Positions 40,875 through 51,165 of a stretch of DNA of 64,000 bases are shown piece by piece (the first letter of the stretch is position 1; every line of letters begins with the position of its first letter). The translations under genes were made by a program, and so were the position numbers. The notes under the pieces were generated by a model, which saw only the letters and a program-made list of their open reading frames with translations, did not search any database and had not been told where the DNA came from. Where the stretch lies: positions 140,001 through 204,000 of the forward strand of contig CAWEMP010000016.1 in the NCBI GenBank assembly GCA_963810205.1. Reading direction: 5' to 3'. The DNA comes from an uncultured Acidobacteriota bacterium. GTDB taxonomy: Bacteria; Acidobacteriota; Thermoanaerobaculia; UBA5066; Gp7-AA6.

Positions 40875-41786
40875 CTAGACCGGCCGGCCCGCGTGTCCGG
40901 AGCCGGCCCCGGCGGCGGCGTGCAGGGCCTCCTCCGCGCGATACGACGAGCGGACGAAAGGGCCGGCGAAGACGTGCCGGAACCCGAGGGCCTCGCCCCT
41001 CTCCCGGTACCGCTCGAAGACCTCCGGCCGCACGTACTCGACGACCGGCAGGTTCTCCCGCGAGGGCTGGAGGTACTGCCCGATCGTCACGATGTCGACC
41101 CGGGCCTCGCGCATCCGGTCGAGGAGCTCCTCGACCTCGTCCTCACGCTCGCCCAGGCCGAGCATGAAGCCGGACTTCGTCGTGAGACCCGGGTCCATCT
41201 CCTTCGCGGCCGACAGCAGCCCGAGCGACCGCTCGAGCTTCGCGCCGCGGCGGACGTCGCGATAGAGACGCGGCACGGTCTCGACGTTGTGGTTGAAGAC
41301 GTCGGGCTTCTCCGCGACCACGGTCGCGAGCGACTCGCGGCGTCCCAGAAAATCGGGTGTCAGCACCTCGACTCCGGGCGCCGGGTCGAGCGTTCGGACC
41401 GCGCGGATCGTTTCGGCGAAGTGCGCCGCCCCGCCGTCGGGCAGGTCGTCCCGGTCGACGGACGTCAGCACCACGAAGCGGAGATTCATCCTCTCGACCG
41501 CCGTGCGCACGCGCCGCGGCTCCAGCGCGTCGACCGGCAGCGGCTTTCCGTTGGCGATGTGACAGAAGCCGCAGGCTCGCGTGCAGACGTCGCCGAGGAG
41601 CAGGAACGTCGCCGTGCCGCGGGAGAAGCACTCCCCGCGGTTCGGGCAGCGGGCTTCCTCGCACACCGTGTGGAGGGCGTTCTCGCGCATGACCGACTTG
41701 ACCTCGTGGAGATCCGAGAGGCGGAGCTTGCGCTCGCGGATCCACTCGGGCGCGCGGACGGGCAGGGGCGCGGGCCGGGCTTTCAC
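40875..41786 (-). CDS. lipA: lipoyl synthase
   Basis: 303-aa intact ORF. CEEARCPNRGEC and radical-SAM CTRACGFC clusters, and GQYLQPS. Confidence 0.95.
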   Translation of the reverse strand: MKARPAPLPVRAPEWIRERKLRLSDLHEVKSVMRENALHTVCEEARCPNRGECFSRGTATFLLLGDVCTRACGFCHIANGKPLPVDALEPRRVRTAVERMNLRFVVLTSVDRDDLPDGGAAHFAETIRAVRTLDPAPGVEVLTPDFLGRRESLATVVAEKPDVFNHNVETVPRLYRDVRRGAKLERSLGLLSAAKEMDPGLTTKSGFMLGLGEREDEVEELLDRMREARVDIVTIGQYLQPSRENLPVVEYVRPEVFERYRERGEALGFRHVFAGPFVRSSYRAEEALHAAAGAGSGHAGRPV

Positions 41787-42472
41787 TGGCCGTCCGGAAC
41801 GACCCAGGGCGACTTGACGTTCTCCTGCTTCGTGAGCTTGGCGGCCGCGCGATTGGCGTCATCCTCCGAGCCGTAGGGCCCGACGCGGACGCGGTAGACC
41901 CGGCCCTTTCCCTTCGGCCCGGCGGCCGTCAGGATCTGCGACCGGAATCCCCGGCGCGCCAGCCGGCCCGACAGCGCGCCGGCCTCGTCGCGGGACGAGA
42001 GCGACGCCACCTGCACCCAGAACTTCGAGGCCGCAATCCCGGCCGGGTTGTCGACGGGCCGGGCGGCCGCGGGTCCCTTGCCCCCCGATGCCGAGGCCAC
42101 GGGCGAAGACTCTTCGGACGTCCCGTCCTCGAAGGGGTGAAGCGTCGCCGGGGCGGTCGGCTCCACGGGAGCCGGCGTCGCCCGCAGGGACCCCGGCGCG
42201 AGCTCCGTGCGCGAGCCGAGCGGCCCGGACGGAACCGCGGCCGTGGGCACGGCCGTCTCGATCGGCGGCATCGCGTCGGTCGCCTCGGAATCGCCCGGGA
42301 GCGCTCCGGACGCGACCTCGCCGGACTCGGGAACCGGTCGGTCCCGCCCGGACGAGCCCGCCATGAGGCCGAAGAAGAACGCCACCGCCAGGGACAGCAG
42401 GAGGGCCAGAAACGCCCCGACCGCCTGACGGGCGGTCAGGGAGATCTGGTAGTGCGTGCGCGGCTCGGGCAC
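41783..42472 (-). CDS. SPOR domain membrane protein
   Basis: N-terminal TM, Pro/Ala/Ser linker, C-terminal SPOR-like FWVQVASLSSRDEAGALSGRL...YRVRVGPYGSEDDANRAAAKL. Its stop overlaps the lipA start. Confidence 0.8.
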   Translation of the reverse strand: MPEPRTHYQISLTARQAVGAFLALLLSLAVAFFFGLMAGSSGRDRPVPESGEVASGALPGDSEATDAMPPIETAVPTAAVPSGPLGSRTELAPGSLRATPAPVEPTAPATLHPFEDGTSEESSPVASASGGKGPAAARPVDNPAGIAASKFWVQVASLSSRDEAGALSGRLARRGFRSQILTAAGPKGKGRVYRVRVGPYGSEDDANRAAAKLTKQENVKSPWVVPDGQ

Positions 42473-42513
42473 GCAGGGAGTTTAGCCTGCCGGCGCCAGC
42501 CGGCAAAGAGTCC

Positions 42514-43272
42514 CTAGGTCCGTTTCAAGAACATCGAGATCAGGTCGATCGGCAGAGGAAAGACGATCGTCGAGTTCTTCTCGTTGGCGATCTCGGTCAG
42601 AGTCTGGAGGTATCGCAGCTGCAGCGTCGCCGGCTGGCGATCGATGATCTCCGCGGCCTTCGAGAGCGCGGTGGCGGCCTCGAGCTCGCCCTGGGCGTGG
42701 ATGATCTTGGCGCGCTTCTCGCGTTCGGCCTCCGCTTGCTTCGCCATGGCGCGCTGCATTTCGGGCGGCAGGTCCACCTGCTTGACCTCGACCAGCGAGA
42801 CCTTGATGCCCCAGGGCTGCGTGTGCTCGTCGATGACCTTCTGCAGGTCGAGGTTCAGCTTCTCGCGCTCGGACAGGAGCTCGTCGAGGAGCGCCTGGCC
42901 GAGGACGCTCCGCAGCGTCGTCTGGGCGAGCTGCGAGGTGGCATACAGGTAGTTCTCGACCTGGACGACGGCCTTTTCCGGCGCGACGACGCGGAAGTAC
43001 ACGACCGCGTTGACCTTCACCGACACGTTGTCCTTGGTGATGATGTCCTGCGGGGGCACGTCGTGAACGACGGTGCGGAGCGAGATTCGGACCATGCGCT
43101 CGAACGGCCAGAAGATCAGGACGAGCCCCGGCCCCTTGGGCTCCTTGCCCAGGCGGCCCAGCCAGAACGTCACCGCCCGTTCGTACTCGTTGAGGACGTT
43201 GATCCACTTGAAGAGAAAGAGCAGTCCGATGAACCCGGCGATCGCGAACCCCGGAAGCGAGAAAGGACTCAT
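42514..43272 (-). CDS. SPFH/Band 7 (stomatin-like) protein
   Basis: 252 aa. N-terminal [13 protein letters not shown]...[17 protein letters not shown]...[13 protein letters not shown] overlaps the nfeD stop (ATGA). Confidence 0.9.
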   Translation of the reverse strand: MSPFSLPGFAIAGFIGLLFLFKWINVLNEYERAVTFWLGRLGKEPKGPGLVLIFWPFERMVRISLRTVVHDVPPQDIITKDNVSVKVNAVVYFRVVAPEKAVVQVENYLYATSQLAQTTLRSVLGQALLDELLSEREKLNLDLQKVIDEHTQPWGIKVSLVEVKQVDLPPEMQRAMAKQAEAEREKRAKIIHAQGELEAATALSKAAEIIDRQPATLQLRYLQTLTEIANEKNSTIVFPLPIDLISMFLKRT

Positions 43273-44573
43273 CCGTTCCTCCGTTCCACCCGCAGCGTGT
43301 CTCCGTCGATCCGCACGACCCGCACGGCGTCGCCGGCCGCCAGGCCCTCGGGGCCGGCGGCCTCCCAGTACTCTCCGACGACCTGCACGCGGCCCCGCGC
43401 GGCGCCGGGGCCGAAGCCGTCCACGACGCGCCCGGGTGCGCCGACCATCGCCTCGAGGCCGGTGCGCGGCGGGACCATCCGAAGCTGCAGGGTCTTCCAG
43501 GTCAGGAGCCCGACGACCCCGAGCGTCAGCACGAGCCCGGGGACGATGATCCCGAGGTCGACGCGGTAGCCCGCGGCGTCGCCTTTGCCCGAGAAGAGCA
43601 GCAACGAGCCCGCGACGAGCGCGATCGCGCCCCCGAGCGAGAGCAGGCCGTGGCTGACGATCTTGATCTCGGCGACGAAGAGGAGGATCGCGAAGAGGAT
43701 CAGGCCGATGCCCGCGATGTTGACCGGAAGGACCGAGAACGCGTAGAGGGCCAGGAGCAGCGAGATGCCGCCGACGACCCCGGGAAGGATGGCCCCGGGG
43801 GTGGACAGCTCGAAGTAGAGCCCCACCAGACCCAGCAGAAAGAGCACGTAGGCCACGTTGGGGTGCGAAACCACGCCGAGGAGCTTCTCCATCCGGCCCA
43901 TGTCCCGCCTCTCGATGCGCGCGCCGGCCAGCGCGAGCCGGGTCTCGGTGCCGCCGACGCGGCGCAGCGTCCGCCCGTCGGCCTGCGCCACGAGATCGGG
44001 GACGTCCCGCGCGACGATCTCGACGAGCCCCGCCTCGCGGGCCTCGGTCTCGGTGTAGGACACGCTCTTCTCGACCGCCGCTTCCGCCTTCTCGACGTTG
44101 CGGCCCCGTTCGCGGGCGAGCGTCCGCACGAACGCGCGCGCGTCCTGCTCCGCCTTCTCGTTCAAGGTCTTCGGCAGGTCCTGCCCCTCGCCGCCGACGG
44201 GATGCGCGGCCCCGGCGTTCGTGCCCGGGGCCATCGCGGCGATGTCTCCCGAGAGCAGCAGGAAGAAGCCGGCCGAGGCCGCCTGGGCGCCCGAGGGCGC
44301 GACGTAGGTGGCGACGGGGACCTTCGAGGCGAGAATCGCCGAGCTCATCTCGCGCGTCGAAGCCAGGAGCCCTCCCGGAGTCGACAGCGTCAGCACCACG
44401 AGCGCCGCGCCGTCCGCCTGCGCTCCCGCGAGGAGCCGGTTCAGGTACTCCGCGGAGGCGGGGTGAATCGGCGTATCGATGCGTCCGGAAACGACCAGGG
44501 GCGCCGGTTGCGAAGCCGGCGAGAACGCGGCAACCGCGAGTACCGCGGCGGCGAGCCACGCGCGCGCTTTCAT
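43269..44573 (-). CDS. NfeD-family membrane-bound ClpP-class serine protease
   Basis: 434-aa intact ORF. Signal peptide, protease domain ([21 protein letters not shown]), 4-5 TM segments, C-terminal OB-fold ([12 protein letters not shown]...[13 protein letters not shown]). Confidence 0.85.
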   Translation of the reverse strand: MKARAWLAAAVLAVAAFSPASQPAPLVVSGRIDTPIHPASAEYLNRLLAGAQADGAALVVLTLSTPGGLLASTREMSSAILASKVPVATYVAPSGAQAASAGFFLLLSGDIAAMAPGTNAGAAHPVGGEGQDLPKTLNEKAEQDARAFVRTLARERGRNVEKAEAAVEKSVSYTETEAREAGLVEIVARDVPDLVAQADGRTLRRVGGTETRLALAGARIERRDMGRMEKLLGVVSHPNVAYVLFLLGLVGLYFELSTPGAILPGVVGGISLLLALYAFSVLPVNIAGIGLILFAILLFVAEIKIVSHGLLSLGGAIALVAGSLLLFSGKGDAAGYRVDLGIIVPGLVLTLGVVGLLTWKTLQLRMVPPRTGLEAMVGAPGRVVDGFGPGAARGRVQVVGEYWEAAGPEGLAAGDAVRVVRIDGDTLRVERRNG

Positions 44574-44621
44574 GCGATCTTCGAGTCTATCGCACCCGCC
44601 CCGGCTCGGTTATAAAGGCGC

Positions 44622-45500
44622 GTGCGCATCCGACCCACCGAGGCCATCCACCTGGCGGCGATCGCGGTGCTCGCCGTCCTCACCGTCATTTTCTACGACC
44701 GGTTCGCGGACCCCAACGGGAATCTCCTCGCCTACGGCGCTCTGGCCGCGGCGATCGGCGTCATCGTGCCCCTGGCCAAGCGCGAGGATCAGCTGCCGGC
44801 CCCCGTGACGCTCTTTCTCGACTTCTACCCCGCCATCTTCCTGCCGATCCTCTTCAACACGCTCTCGCCGCTGATCATGGCGACGCGCGGCGGGGCGCGG
44901 GACGAGATCCTGATCGCGGCCGACCGGGCGATCTTCGGCGTGGACGTGACGGTCTGGCTGGAGCGCTTCGCCCGCCCGGGCGTCAACGACGTGTTCTACG
45001 TCTTCTACGCGACCTACTATTTCATCGCGCTGTCGCTGGGGCTCGTTCTGTGGTCCCGCGACCGCGCGACCGCCCGCCGGTACGTGTTCACGCTCATGGT
45101 CGTCTACTACGTCTCGTACGCCGGGTACTTCACGATCCCGGCGCTCGGCCCGCGCTTCGCCCAGGCCTCGCTCTACACGAAGTCGCTGACCGAAACGGCC
45201 GTCGCCCGGGCGATCAACGACTCGATCAACTTTCTCGAGAAGACCAAGCTCGACGTCTTTCCGTCGGGGCACACGATGATCTCGGTGGCGGTCCTGATCG
45301 TCGCCTGGAAACGGGCGCGGGACGTTTTCTGGATCCTCCTCCCGATCGCCACGGGCCTGATCATCTCGACCGTCTTCTGCCGGTTCCACTACGTCGTCGA
45401 CCTCATCGCGGGAACGATGCTGGCCTTCGTCAGCGTCCCGGTGGGAGACGCGATCTACGATTGGATCATGCGCCGCCGCGCCGCCGCGGCCGGGCCCTAG
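44622..45500 (+). CDS. PAP2-superfamily membrane protein (sphingomyelin/IPC-synthase-like PAP2_C type)
   Basis: 292 aa, multi-TM. Motifs FPSGHT and RFHYVVDLIAG (SGH / H-Y-x-x-D). Intact. GTG start. Confidence 0.75.
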   Translation: MRIRPTEAIHLAAIAVLAVLTVIFYDRFADPNGNLLAYGALAAAIGVIVPLAKREDQLPAPVTLFLDFYPAIFLPILFNTLSPLIMATRGGARDEILIAADRAIFGVDVTVWLERFARPGVNDVFYVFYATYYFIALSLGLVLWSRDRATARRYVFTLMVVYYVSYAGYFTIPALGPRFAQASLYTKSLTETAVARAINDSINFLEKTKLDVFPSGHTMISVAVLIVAWKRARDVFWILLPIATGLIISTVFCRFHYVVDLIAGTMLAFVSVPVGDAIYDWIMRRRAAAAGP

Positions 45501-46660
45501 AGCGGCTTCTCGTAGATCCGGTAGGTCTTGTAGAGCTTGCCGCCCCAGAGGCGCACGGCGCCGATGACGAGCTCGTTGTCCTCGAGCAGCCACGACACCT
45601 CGGCGCCCGTGTAGCCCCTCTGGAGCAGGAAGCGGAGCGAGTCGGCCATCATGATCGACTGGACTCCCGACTGCCTCCACGGCTGCTTGACGCCCAGGGT
45701 CACGACGCGCACGGTCTTGATGTTCTTCTTCGCCAGCAGGAACTTCAGCCAGCCGAACGGCAGGAGCCTCCCCTTCGTCGGCGCTATCGCGACGTTGTAG
45801 TCCGGCAGCATCAGCATGAAGGCGATCGGTTCGAGCGACCCGTCGGGCTTCTTCGCCTCGGCGATCCAGAGCAGCTCCTCGACGAGGAGCGGCTTCAGGC
45901 GCTTGGCCATGAAGTCCATCTCCTCGGGAGTCATCGGAACGAACCCCCAGTTCTTCTCCCAGGCCTCGTTGTAGACCTCGCGGATCTTCGCCAGGTCCCG
46001 CGCGAGACCGCCCCGCGAGACGTTGCGGACCTGGATGTCCGGCGCGCGCTTGCGGAATCGATCCGCGACGCGCGAGAGCCGCTCGAGCGGCTTCTCCTCG
46101 AGCGGGAACCAGTAGGCCAGCAGGTCCTTGGCCTTGCGGAACCCCTGGCCCTCGATGAGTCCGACGTACGACCGCGGGTTGTAGGTCATCATCAAGACGG
46201 GCGGCGAGTCGAAGCCGTCCACGAGGAGGCCGGCCTCGTCGTTCAGCGTCGGGTTCGTGGGTCCGCGCAGCACCGTCATCTTGCGCTCGCGTCCCCAGAG
46301 CGCGGCCGCGTCGAGAAGCCGGCCGGCCACGACGGGATCGTCGACCGCCTCGAAGAAGCCGAAGAACGCGGCTTTCTCTCCGTGGAAAGCGTTGTGGTTG
46401 CGATCGAGGATCGCGGCGATGCGGCCGACGTCTTCGCGGCCTCGCCGGGCCATGAAGAGCTGGATCTCGCCGTGGCGGAAGAACGGGTTCTCGTCCTGAA
46501 ACACCTTGGCCACGTCCGAGCGCAGGGGCGCCACCCAGTGCGGGTCGCCCGCGTAGATGCGGTCCGCGACGTCGAAGAAACGCGCCAGCTCGGCCTTTCC
46601 GCGGCCGATGCGCTGGATGACGACGTCCGTCGGCGACGCCGGCGTGCTCGAGGTGCTCAA
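45497..46660 (-). CDS. GNAT-like N-acyltransferase, candidate bacterial ceramide synthase-type enzyme
   Basis: 387-aa intact ORF. The C-terminal half has a GNAT motif-A-like TLGVKQPWRQSGVQS. Lies directly downstream of the alpha-oxoamine synthase. The functional call rests on context. Confidence 0.6.
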   Translation of the reverse strand: MSTSSTPASPTDVVIQRIGRGKAELARFFDVADRIYAGDPHWVAPLRSDVAKVFQDENPFFRHGEIQLFMARRGREDVGRIAAILDRNHNAFHGEKAAFFGFFEAVDDPVVAGRLLDAAALWGRERKMTVLRGPTNPTLNDEAGLLVDGFDSPPVLMMTYNPRSYVGLIEGQGFRKAKDLLAYWFPLEEKPLERLSRVADRFRKRAPDIQVRNVSRGGLARDLAKIREVYNEAWEKNWGFVPMTPEEMDFMAKRLKPLLVEELLWIAEAKKPDGSLEPIAFMLMLPDYNVAIAPTKGRLLPFGWLKFLLAKKNIKTVRVVTLGVKQPWRQSGVQSIMMADSLRFLLQRGYTGAEVSWLLEDNELVIGAVRLWGGKLYKTYRIYEKPL

Positions 46661-46676
46661 CGGGCCCGGCCCGGGG

Positions 46677-47918
46677 TCAAGCGCGGCTGGCGTGCACGAT
46701 GCCGACCTCGCGGCCGACCTTCTCGAACGCCTCGAGCGCCCGGACGAGCTGGGCGCGCGAGTGCGTGGCCATGAGGGACGTGCGGATCAGGGCGCGGCCC
46801 GGCGGTGTCGCCGGCGACAGCACGCAGTTGACGAAGACGCCTTCTTCCTGGAGCCGGTGGACCATCCGGAGGGCCGTCAGGTCCTCGCCGACGACGACCG
46901 GAACGACCGGAGTCCGGGACTCGCCCGTGTTGAGGCCGAGCGACCGGAGCCCTTCGGCGAAGAAGCGCGTGTTCTCCCAGAGGCGGTCGCGGCGCTCCGG
47001 CTCCCGGTCCATGATCTCGACGGTCGCCAGCGCGGCCGCCGCGGAAGCCGGGGGTGGCGCCGCCGAGAAGATCAGGGTGCGCGCGCGGTGCTTGACGTAG
47101 TCGATCACGGTCGCGTTGCCCGTGATGAAGCCGCCGACCGAGGCCATCGACTTCGAGAAGGTCCCCATGATGAGGTCGACCTCGTGCTCGAGGCCGAAGT
47201 GCTCGGCCGTTCCCCGGCCGGTCTTGCCGAGGACGCCGATGCCGTGCGCATCGTCGACCATGACCCCGGCCGCGAACTCCCGCGCCACGCCCACGATCTC
47301 GGGCAGCGGCGCGATGTCGCCCTCCATCGAGAAGACGCCGTCCACGACGACGAGCCGGCCCTTGGCCTCCCCGTCGTTGCGCATCTGGCGGCGAAGGTCC
47401 GACGCGTCGCTGTGCTTGAACTTCTTGACGTCGCCGAAGGAGAGGCGCGCGCCGTCGATGATGCAGGCGTGGTCCTGCTTGTCGAGGTAGACCGTGTCGC
47501 CCTTGCCCACGAGGCACGCGATCGCACCGAGGTTGACCTGGAAGCCGGTCGAGAACGTGACGGCCGCCTCCTGGCGCATGAACTCGGCGAGGCGCTCCTC
47601 CAGCCGGACGTGCAGATCGAGGGTTCCGTTCAGGAATCGGCTGCCCGCGCAACCGGATCCGTACTTTCGAATGGCGTCGATCGCGGCTTCCTTGACGCGC
47701 GGATCGTTGGTGAGGCCGAGGTAGTTGTTCGAGCCCATCATGACCAGCCGGCGGCCGTCGAGCACGACCTCCGGGTCCTGCGCGGACTCGATCACGCGGA
47801 AGAAGGAGTAGAAGCCCGTCTGGCGGACCCGCGTCGCGTCTTCGTACCGGTAGCACTTCTCGAAAACCGGAGCAGTCCCCACCGCCTCCGGTCGGATCGC
47901 CCGGGCGACCTTGCTCAT
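46677..47918 (-). CDS. alpha-oxoamine synthase (serine palmitoyltransferase / KBL / BioF family)
   Basis: 413 aa. MGSNNYLGL, DDAHGIGVLG, PLP-lysine GTFSKSMAS. Only the 3' part of track ORF 46677..49544 is genuine. Confidence 0.85.
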   Translation of the reverse strand: MSKVARAIRPEAVGTAPVFEKCYRYEDATRVRQTGFYSFFRVIESAQDPEVVLDGRRLVMMGSNNYLGLTNDPRVKEAAIDAIRKYGSGCAGSRFLNGTLDLHVRLEERLAEFMRQEAAVTFSTGFQVNLGAIACLVGKGDTVYLDKQDHACIIDGARLSFGDVKKFKHSDASDLRRQMRNDGEAKGRLVVVDGVFSMEGDIAPLPEIVGVAREFAAGVMVDDAHGIGVLGKTGRGTAEHFGLEHEVDLIMGTFSKSMASVGGFITGNATVIDYVKHRARTLIFSAAPPPASAAAALATVEIMDREPERRDRLWENTRFFAEGLRSLGLNTGESRTPVVPVVVGEDLTALRMVHRLQEEGVFVNCVLSPATPPGRALIRTSLMATHSRAQLVRALEAFEKVGREVGIVHASRA

Positions 47919-47968
47919 TGCTTTCCCCCTGCCTGATAGAAGAATCGGCGGCCGGATCTTAGCAAATT

Positions 47969-48976
47969 TTACAAAGCCGCGCCTCGGGGCCCTCCGGGCA
48001 GCCAGCCGGCCTTCCGGTACCAGGTCCAGGCCGCCGAGAGCCCCTCGGACAGGGGAACGGGCGCCGGCAAGGCGAGCTCCCGCGCCAACGGCCCGGTGTC
48101 GCAAAGCCAGTCGCCGGCCAGGAGCTCTCGCGCCTTGTCGGCATTGAAGGGTCGAGAGCGCCGGGTCAGGGTCTCGACCACCGTCTCGGCAGCCCCCAGG
48201 AGCCGCACGACGACGTCCGGCACCCGGATGAGACGGCCCTGGCGGCCCGAAGAAGCCGCAATCGCGGCGGCGAGATCGCCGACCGCAACGGCCTCCGGGG
48301 CACAGAGAAATCGGATCTGCCCGGCGAGCTCGGCCTTGCCTGCCGCACGCGCAATCGCGAGGGCCGCGAGCTCGGCGCCGACCAATTGGATCCGCGTGCG
48401 GCCGGCGGGTACGGGAATCCAGCCCGTCGCCGCCATCTTGAAGTAGACGAAGAGGCCGCGGTCTCCCGGACCGTAGACGACTCCGGGCCGCAGGACCGTC
48501 CATGGCCCCTTCCACAGGCGCTCGACGGCCTCCTCCGCCTCGCGCTTGGAGACCCCGTACCAGGAGACCGGCCGCGCCGGATCGCCGTGGCCGACCGGGC
48601 GGCCGCCGATCGACGGGCCCGCGGCGGCCTGGCTCGAGACGAGAACGAAGTGGGCGTCGGGCGCCACGGCGCGGGCCGCCTCGAGCAGGCGCTCCGTGCA
48701 CTGCACGTTGACCTCCCGGTACTCCTCGAGCGTTCGCGCCTTCGTCAGCCCGGCCACGTGCACGATCGCGCCGGCCCCGGCGGCCGCTCTCTCCAGATCG
48801 GGGGCGCGGTCGAGGCCCGCGGCGACCACCTCGATCGGCAGGCCCGAAAGAAGACCGGCATCGACGCGCCTCGGATCGCGCGCCAGAAGACGCACCCTCC
48901 AGCCTTCCGAGGCCAGGGCGCGCGCGACGTGGCTTCCGACGAAGCCCGTGCCGCCGGTCAGGAGCGCCGTCCGCAT
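47969..48976 (-). CDS. NAD(P)-dependent epimerase/dehydratase-family reductase (extended SDR)
   Basis: ALLTGGTGFVGSHV Rossmann motif, YGVSK catalytic motif. ATG 48976 is preferred over 49006. Confidence 0.8.
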   Translation of the reverse strand: MRTALLTGGTGFVGSHVARALASEGWRVRLLARDPRRVDAGLLSGLPIEVVAAGLDRAPDLERAAAGAGAIVHVAGLTKARTLEEYREVNVQCTERLLEAARAVAPDAHFVLVSSQAAAGPSIGGRPVGHGDPARPVSWYGVSKREAEEAVERLWKGPWTVLRPGVVYGPGDRGLFVYFKMAATGWIPVPAGRTRIQLVGAELAALAIARAAGKAELAGQIRFLCAPEAVAVGDLAAAIAASSGRQGRLIRVPDVVVRLLGAAETVVETLTRRSRPFNADKARELLAGDWLCDTGPLARELALPAPVPLSEGLSAAWTWYRKAGWLPGGPRGAAL

Positions 48977-49029
48977 CGGGGGAATTGTATTGACTCGCTG
49001 CCGCACTCAAGACAGCATTCGCCGAATTC

Positions 49030-51165
49030 ATGCGGATTCCACGGAATCTCTTCGGCTCGTCCCTGACGGCCGGCGCCGCCTTCCTGTCCGCGAGCCAGAT
49101 CCTGGCCGCGGCACCGCCCTCGCCCCCCGTCGTCGAGTACCGGATCGAGGTGACGCTCGACCCGGCGGCCAAGATCCTCAAGGGCCACGAGCGGCTCACC
49201 TGGCGCAATCCGTCGGACGACACGGTCTCCGAGCTCCGGTTCCACATGTACCTGAACGCCTTCAAGAACAACCGCACCACCTTCATGCGCGAGTCCGGCG
49301 GACAGCTGCGCGGCGACCATGCCGGAGACAAGCCGGAGGACTGGGGCTGGATCGACGTCTCCTCGATGAAGACCGCGCAGGGCCAGGAGCTTCGACCGGG
49401 CGCCCGCTTCGTCCAGCCGGACGGGAACGACCCGGCGGACGAGACCGTCCTCGCCGTGCCGCTTCCCTCGCCGGTCGGGCCCCGGGGCGAGATCGTCCTC
49501 GACATCGGGTTCCAGGCCAAGCTGCCAAAGATCTTCGCCCGCACCGGCTTCGTTCGCGACTACTTCCTGGTCGGCCAGTGGTACCCGAAGATCGGCGTCT
49601 ACGAGCCGGCCGGCGTTCGCGAGCGCAAGGCCGGGGGCTGGAACTGCCACGCCTTCCACGGCAACTCCGAGTTCTACGCCGACTACGGCGACTTCGACGT
49701 CTCGATGACGGTCCCGTCGAAGTTCATCGTCGGAGCCACGGGCAAACGGGTCGGGGAGACGAAGGCCGCCGACAAGACGACCTATCGATACGTGCAAAAC
49801 GACGTCCACGACTTCGCCTGGACGGCCGACCCGCGCTGGCTCGTCACCGAGTTCACGTTCGACCCCGCCCGCGACGTGCCCGCGGGGTGGAGCGCCAAGG
49901 CCGCCGGTGAGCTCGGAATGACGGAAGCCGAGATCGCGCTCAAGCCCGTGCATGTCCGACTCCTGCTTCAGCCGGGCCACGAGGGCGTGCGGGACCGCTA
50001 CCTGCGCTCCACGAAGGAGGCGCTGTCCTTCTACGGCCTCTGGTACGGCGCCTATCCGTACGAGACGCTCACGGTGGTCGATCCCCCGGACGACGGCCAG
50101 GGCTCGGGAGGGATGGAGTACCCGACTTTCATCACGGGCGGCATCCTCGCGCCCTTTCTTCTTCACTGGCCGTTTCGCGGCGTTCGGGTCATCGAGATCG
50201 TGACGATCCACGAGTTCGGCCACCAGTACTGGTACGGCATGGTCGGATCCAACGAGTTCGAGGAGTCGTGGCTCGACGAAGGGTTGAACGACGACTCCGA
50301 GGCTCGCGCCATGGAGCTCGCCTACGGACCCCGGGACGTGGCCGAGTTGCCGGGCGGCTTCGGGCTCGACTCGCTCACCTTCCGGCACCTCTACTACACG
50401 GGCCTGCCCAATCTGGACCCGATCCGCCGCTGCGCCTGGTGCTTCGCCTCGGGCAACTCCTACGGCGTCAACTCCTACATGAAGACCGGCCTCTTCATGG
50501 CGCAGCTGAAGAACGACCTCGGGGCGAAGGTTTTCGCGCGCGCCCAGCGGGCGTACTTCCAGGAATGGTCCTTTCGGCATCCCACGACCTCGGACTTCTT
50601 CCGGACCTTCGAACGCGTCGCCGGGCGCGACCTCTCGACCTACCGCCGCAACCTGATCGACGGCACGGCGCGCCTCGACTGGCAGGTCGTGACGGCCAAG
50701 ACCGACGAGGCCAATCCCGATGAAGGCGTGTTCGACCGTCCGTCGGGTCGGGTCACCCTCGAGGACGGGAAGGTCGCGCTGCCCGTCAAGGAAAAGGCCC
50801 CGGCGGGCGCGGGCAAGGCGCCGAAGGTGTACGCGAGCCGCGTGCTCTTCGGCAACACGGGCGACTGGCCGCATGGCGCGCACGCGCGCATCGCCTTCGA
50901 GGACGGCACGATCCTGGACCGCGAGATCCCGGCGGCGGCGAAGTGGGTCCGTTACGACATCCGCTACAAGTCGAAGCTCGCCTGGGCGGTCGTCGATCCC
51001 GACCGCAGGAACGCCTGGGACTGGAACCACCTGAACGACTCGAAGGTCCTGCGCTCGGGCAAGGGCGCGGCCCGGGTCATTTCGAAGCGGGCGCCCGTCA
51101 AGTACACCGGCTGGTCCGCGTGGCTGCTCGCGACGTGGAACCAGCTCGCGTGGGCGCTGGCATGA
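49030..51165 (+). CDS. secreted M1-family zinc metallopeptidase
   Basis: 711-aa intact ORF. Signal peptide. HEFGHQYWYG...WLDEGL (HExxH plus distal Glu). Confidence 0.85.
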   Translation: MRIPRNLFGSSLTAGAAFLSASQILAAAPPSPPVVEYRIEVTLDPAAKILKGHERLTWRNPSDDTVSELRFHMYLNAFKNNRTTFMRESGGQLRGDHAGDKPEDWGWIDVSSMKTAQGQELRPGARFVQPDGNDPADETVLAVPLPSPVGPRGEIVLDIGFQAKLPKIFARTGFVRDYFLVGQWYPKIGVYEPAGVRERKAGGWNCHAFHGNSEFYADYGDFDVSMTVPSKFIVGATGKRVGETKAADKTTYRYVQNDVHDFAWTADPRWLVTEFTFDPARDVPAGWSAKAAGELGMTEAEIALKPVHVRLLLQPGHEGVRDRYLRSTKEALSFYGLWYGAYPYETLTVVDPPDDGQGSGGMEYPTFITGGILAPFLLHWPFRGVRVIEIVTIHEFGHQYWYGMVGSNEFEESWLDEGLNDDSEARAMELAYGPRDVAELPGGFGLDSLTFRHLYYTGLPNLDPIRRCAWCFASGNSYGVNSYMKTGLFMAQLKNDLGAKVFARAQRAYFQEWSFRHPTTSDFFRTFERVAGRDLSTYRRNLIDGTARLDWQVVTAKTDEANPDEGVFDRPSGRVTLEDGKVALPVKEKAPAGAGKAPKVYASRVLFGNTGDWPHGAHARIAFEDGTILDREIPAAAKWVRYDIRYKSKLAWAVVDPDRRNAWDWNHLNDSKVLRSGKGAARVISKRAPVKYTGWSAWLLATWNQLAWALA

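Noticed and set aside
46677-49544. 955-aa ORF suggesting a giant fusion protein upstream of the alpha-oxoamine synthase
   Set aside because: Only the last 413 aa are protein-like. The upstream part is off-frame read-through of the SDR gene region.
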